DNA of 32,565 nucleotides from Promethearchaeota archaeon (GTDB lineage Archaea; Asgardarchaeota; Lokiarchaeia; Sigyniarchaeales; SOKP01), in the NCBI GenBank assembly GCA_048940645.1, contig JBHLOI010000036.1:1-32565 (forward strand), given 5' to 3'. The position numbers and the translations under genes were made by a program. The notes beneath the pieces were generated by a model. The model was not told the origin of the DNA. It ran no database searches and worked only from the letters and a program-made list of their open reading frames with translations. Position 1 is the first letter of the stretch. The number at the start of each line of letters is the position of its first letter. Shown here piece by piece: positions 28,810 to 32,565 of the stretch.

Positions 28810-29958
28810 TCATGTAACAAATGGATTTTTATACTTTAGAATCACTTCTGCTACTTCCTTACGCATAACTTCTGGATCAGGTGGTTTTCCGGCCTTTAAA
28901 GCATCTCTAATCTCACGACCTGCAAAGAAATTCTGCATTTCTGGAGGATGGGGACAAATCTTATCATTCACAACCGCATCACACTTTTTACATTTTGAGA
29001 AGGAGCGAAATTTAATTGGTTCAATACCTAAATCTGGAAATTTATCAAAAATGAAATGAGCATCATAAGGGCCATAGTAATCACCTACTCCCGCATGATC
29101 TCTTCCAATAATTATATGTGTACATCCAAAATTCTTTCTTGCAATTGCATGAAATATTGCTTCTTTTGGCCCTGCATATCTCATCTCTGTTTCGAATGTA
29201 CTCATTACTACACGATTTTTAGGATAATATTCTTTAATTAATACTTTATATGCTTCGATAATTACATCATCTAAGAAATCACCTTGTTTTTTCTTACCGA
29301 TTACAGGATTTATGAACAAACCATCTACATAAGTTAAACCTGCTTTTTGGACATATTCATGTCCCAAATGTGGGGGGTTTCTTGTTTGAAATGCCACAAC
29401 TCGTTCCCATCTCATTTCTTTGAAAAGAACTCTAGTTTCTATAGGTTTCAGGTCTATTTCTGGAAATGTAGCTCTAGGTTCATTGATTAAAAATATTTGC
29501 CCTCCCATTAGTTTTTCTTTATAGTTTAAGACCCTGTTCACTCCTGGATGATCTCTTTCTAAAGTTCCATATGTTTTGCTAGCATAATTTTTTTTGTCAT
29601 AATCATAGATATCTTCTACTCTCATTAGTGCAATAGGCTTATTCTCACTATTTGTTAAGACGATCTGATCATCGCTTTTGATATTCTTGAGTTCACTTTC
29701 TGAAACATCTAAAGTTATAGGAAAAGGCCAAGGAATATCACTTTCCAAATACATTGACTCAAGAACATAATTAAAATCATTTTCATTCATAAAGCCTTCT
29801 AATGGACTAAATACTCCAAAAGCAATGTTTTTAATCACTTTTAATGTTTCAGGTCTTACTTTAATTGTTTCAAATTCGCTAATTTGACTTAAAATTCTTT
29901 CTTTTTCAAAATTAGGTAAAACTTTATTTATTAAAGTACCTCCATGTGGCGAAATCAT
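28810..29958 (-). CDS. sat: Sulfate adenylyltransferase (Sat-type ATP sulfurylase)
   Basis: PHGGTL, FSPLEGFM, QTRNPPHLGHE, MRYAGPKEA, GRDHAGVG, and Zn site CKKC...CPH. Confidence 0.97.
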   Translation of the reverse strand: MISPHGGTLINKVLPNFEKERILSQISEFETIKVRPETLKVIKNIAFGVFSPLEGFMNENDFNYVLESMYLESDIPWPFPITLDVSESELKNIKSDDQIVLTNSENKPIALMRVEDIYDYDKKNYASKTYGTLERDHPGVNRVLNYKEKLMGGQIFLINEPRATFPEIDLKPIETRVLFKEMRWERVVAFQTRNPPHLGHEYVQKAGLTYVDGLFINPVIGKKKQGDFLDDVIIEAYKVLIKEYYPKNRVVMSTFETEMRYAGPKEAIFHAIARKNFGCTHIIIGRDHAGVGDYYGPYDAHFIFDKFPDLGIEPIKFRSFSKCKKCDAVVNDKICPHPPEMQNFFAGREIRDALKAGKPPDPEVMRKEVAEVILKYKNPFVT

Positions 29959-30006
29959 AATTTTTTCCTTCTTTAATATGTTGTGATTATTATATAAAGC
30001 TAAATT

Positions 30007-30246
30007 TTAATCAATATATCCCAAATCTCGTAATCTCTGCTTTACCTTCTCTTCTTCTTCCTTTGTAAAGGCTTGTTTTGATCTCTCCTCTTCCTCTATA
30101 GAGGAAAGAACTTGCCTAAGAACATACGTTACATAACTAGAGACCGAAGAAAACCCAGTTCCTTTCATTCGCTCTTTTATTTTCTCTGAAAGAACTTTAG
30201 GAATTGATACAGTTGTATATTCAACTTTATGATCATCATCTGACAT
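30007..30246 (-). CDS. Ribbon-helix-helix (CopG/MetJ-like) protein with C-terminal EEKVKQRLRDLGY tail
   Basis: YTTVSIP beta-ribbon, a helix, then GFSSVSSYVTYVLR as helix 2. First gene of the sat run. Confidence 0.85.
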   Translation of the reverse strand: MSDDDHKVEYTTVSIPKVLSEKIKERMKGTGFSSVSSYVTYVLRQVLSSIEEEERSKQAFTKEEEEKVKQRLRDLGYID

Positions 30247-30318
30247 TATAACTCATTTTAAAATATAATTATATTTAATTAAATAGAATTAAAATATATT
30301 AAAAAATCTTACTAAATA

Positions 30319-30333
30319 CCCTAACATCTAGGG
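30319..30333. promoter_or_regulatory. Candidate operator, inverted repeat CCCTA-N5-TAGGG in the divergent RHH/GT2 intergenic region
   Basis: A GC-rich palindrome within otherwise very AT-rich DNA, about 70-90 nt upstream of the RHH start. Short enough to arise by chance. Confidence 0.25.
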
Positions 30334-30484
30334 ATTCTTATTAGCTTCAATAAAATAAATGTTTTTCAGTAATAAAATTTTGAAAATTTGATTCAAATAT
30401 TTATTAAGTAAAGGAGATAATAAATAAATATATACATTAAATATCTATAGGGCAACTCTTTAAATTACTGACATACTTAAGATT

Positions 30485-31510
30485 ATGCAAATTACTCATC
30501 CAAGAATATCAATTATATTTCCCTCTTACAATGGTGTAAAATTTCTTGAAAGAAATTTGAATTCCATAAAAAATCTAAATAATCTGGATGAGATCGAATT
30601 GGTAATCGTAGATAATAAGTCAAAAGATTCTACTATTAAGGTAATAAATTCATTTGCAAATAATATCAATATTAATTTAGTAAAAAATAAGTCTAATGAA
30701 GGTTTTGCAGAAGCTTGCAATTGTGGAGTATCTAGCTCGTGTGGAGAGTTTGTATTTATTACTAATCAAGATGTAGTTTTTCCTCCAGACTTCTTTAGTA
30801 AAATAACAAAACTATATTCTAAGTACAGAAATGATCATGAGATTGTTATTTCACCCGCTTTGGTATTTGAAAATGGGAGAATACATTATTTTGGAGCTAA
30901 AAATCACTTTTTAGGATTCTCTTACACTCCAGAATTGGGTGAAAAATTACCTCAAAATAACATTATAAAGACTACTCAAAGATTTTCTGGCGGAACTCTA
31001 TTCATTAAAAAAAATTATTTCTTAGAAATGGGTGGTTTTGATAAAGAATTTTTTATGTATTATGAAGATACAGATCTTTCACTTAAAATTTTGAAGAATG
31101 GAAATCCAATATACACTACAAATGATCCCTATTTAATCCATCAAAAAAAGTATCAAACTATGAATAAGATGCAATATTTCTTTTTAGAGCGTAATAGGTA
31201 TCTTATTTTACTTAAAAATGTAAGCAATTTGTATAAACTATTTCCTATCATTATTCTTACTGAATTTATCTTATTATTCCATTCAATTTTTATTAAAAAG
31301 TTTAAATTAAGGCTAAGAATCTATATGGAATTACTGAAGAAAATTAAATGTTACAGAAATTTAAGAAAACTAGCAAAAAAGGAAAATAGATTAATGCCTT
31401 ATCAATTCTTATCGAGAGATCTAGACCCAATTCTATTGGGTAAGTTAGGAAAGTTAAAAGCGTTTAGAAAATTACTTGTATTTTTTAATAAATTTCTTAA
31501 ATACGTATAA
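30485..31510 (+). CDS. GT2 glycosyltransferase (WbbL/rhamnosyltransferase-like subfamily)
   Basis: IIFPSYNG, VDNKSKD, NEGFAEACN, TNQDV, GGFDKEFFMYYEDTDLS. Confidence 0.88.
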   Translation: MQITHPRISIIFPSYNGVKFLERNLNSIKNLNNLDEIELVIVDNKSKDSTIKVINSFANNININLVKNKSNEGFAEACNCGVSSSCGEFVFITNQDVVFPPDFFSKITKLYSKYRNDHEIVISPALVFENGRIHYFGAKNHFLGFSYTPELGEKLPQNNIIKTTQRFSGGTLFIKKNYFLEMGGFDKEFFMYYEDTDLSLKILKNGNPIYTTNDPYLIHQKKYQTMNKMQYFFLERNRYLILLKNVSNLYKLFPIIILTEFILLFHSIFIKKFKLRLRIYMELLKKIKCYRNLRKLAKKENRLMPYQFLSRDLDPILLGKLGKLKAFRKLLVFFNKFLKYV

Positions 31511-31514
31511 GTAG

Positions 31515-32495
31515 TCAAAATTTCTGCAGACTTTTTATGTAATAATAATCAGAGATCATATACTTTCTACAAGATCTATTTGTTCGTCTCCTAACTCCAA
31601 TTCTAAAACCTTGCCATATGGAGACAAGTCGTATTTTTATTTTATTGAAATTTAGCTTTAAAAAATTCAAAAAAATTATACCTAAATTCAAAATACTGAA
31701 AATATAGTAAAAAACCATTATATCAGTTATTTTTGCATGCTTCCAAACTAATATTTGAGAATTTCTGGTAAAAAAATGATGGTTAAAAATCATTCTTTCT
31801 TGATCAACTATGCGGGGAATATTATGATAGACGATTGTAGTTGGAACATAAAATGATTTATACCCTTTTTTCTGTGCTTGAATATTCCAGTCAGGATCCT
31901 CATGATACATAAAAAAAATCTCATCCATTAATCCTGCTTTGGTTATAACGTCTTTCTTCATAAAAAGAGCCGTTCCAGGGGCAAAACCGATTTGTTCAAT
32001 CTGGCTGTATTTTTTATTAAAAGGATCATATTCTAAATATCCTCTATTTCCAATAACTATTGCTGATTTAAAGTTTACAAATGCTCCAGCATTCCATATA
32101 ACATCTTTCTCATTATATATTTTAATCTTTGGAGTTATCATACCTGCCTTAGGATTCGATTCTAAAAAGTCTACCATAGTTTTTAAAAAATCAGGCTCTA
32201 CTATAATATCATAATTTAATAAACAGATATAATCTCCCTTTACTCTTTTTATGGCTTTATTATTTCCAGCTCCAAAAAAAAGGTTTTTATCGCTTCGAAT
32301 TAATCGAATTTTTAAGTTATTTTCAAATTGTTTTAATTGATCCCTTAATTTAGAATATAAATAATAATCCGAGCCGTTATCAACAAGGATTACTTCAAAG
32401 TTTTTATAAATTTGATTCTCTAATGATTTTAAACAATCTACAGCATATTGGTATTTATTATAGTTCAAAATAATTATAGAAACTAATTTATCCAC
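31515..32495 (-). CDS. GT2 glycosyltransferase (WbbL-like subfamily)
   Basis: IIILNYN, VDNGSD, FGAGNN, LNYD, MDEIFFMYHEDPDW, VYH. GTG start. Confidence 0.88.
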   Translation of the reverse strand: MDKLVSIIILNYNKYQYAVDCLKSLENQIYKNFEVILVDNGSDYYLYSKLRDQLKQFENNLKIRLIRSDKNLFFGAGNNKAIKRVKGDYICLLNYDIIVEPDFLKTMVDFLESNPKAGMITPKIKIYNEKDVIWNAGAFVNFKSAIVIGNRGYLEYDPFNKKYSQIEQIGFAPGTALFMKKDVITKAGLMDEIFFMYHEDPDWNIQAQKKGYKSFYVPTTIVYHNIPRIVDQERMIFNHHFFTRNSQILVWKHAKITDIMVFYYIFSILNLGIIFLNFLKLNFNKIKIRLVSIWQGFRIGVRRRTNRSCRKYMISDYYYIKSLQKF

Positions 32496-32565
32496 TGAAA
32501 CTAACCTTAGAACGTTTTAAAATTAAAACTTACTTTTCTCTAAATTTTTTATAAAATAAAAATCT

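Noticed and set aside
26807-29958. Dissimilatory or assimilatory sulfate reduction
   Set aside because: No apr, dsr, cysH or sulfite reductase in the window. cysC plus glycan context favours PAPS for sulfation, though genes elsewhere cannot be excluded.
3971-32214. Other short opposite-strand ORFs (e.g. 3971-4306, 8346-8588, 10338-10538, 10823-11119, 12982-13297, 14580-14786, 18100-18285, 19796-19990, 21947-22734, 24235-25185, 27162-27509, 28688-29241, 30526-30720, 31939-32214)
   Set aside because: All lie antisense to well-supported genes and show no recognisable motifs.
1-32565. CRISPR arrays, tRNA/rRNA, IS elements
   Set aside because: Intergenic gaps are short (at most about 250 nt) and AT-rich, with no regular repeats, structured GC-rich RNA or transposase/integrase motifs seen.

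Overview
Very AT-rich, gene-dense archaeal window, most likely from an Asgard archaeon (Lokiarchaeia-like). The assignment is inferred from a Roadblock gene beside a longin-like/small-GTPase fusion, GGTGA-type ribosome-binding sites and a UPF0280 gene. The left end (1-4574) holds a partial aspartokinase missed by the ORF track, the Roadblock/GTPase pair and UPF0280. The remaining ~28 kb is a surface-glycan locus: a GT-C-like membrane protein, GT2 and GT4 glycosyltransferases, nucleotide-sugar enzymes (including a CapG/WbjD-like epimerase), SAM methyltransferases and a flippase. The highlight is a ~12 kb minus-strand run (18315-30246) carrying two glycan-tailoring modules. (1) A 2-hydroxyethylphosphonate pathway: PepM-NTP-transferase fusion, Ppd, phosphonoacetaldehyde reductase, a PntC-like cytidylyltransferase and a TagF-like transferase. 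(2) A PAPS-making unit (sat, cysC) enclosing a Thr-nucleophile alkaline-phosphatase-fold enzyme that may be a non-canonical sulfotransferase. This unit is headed by a ribbon-helix-helix protein carrying the 'RLRxLGY' tail that the enzyme itself lacks. No rRNA, tRNA, CRISPR array or transposase was recognised. All family calls come from motif reading, not database searches.
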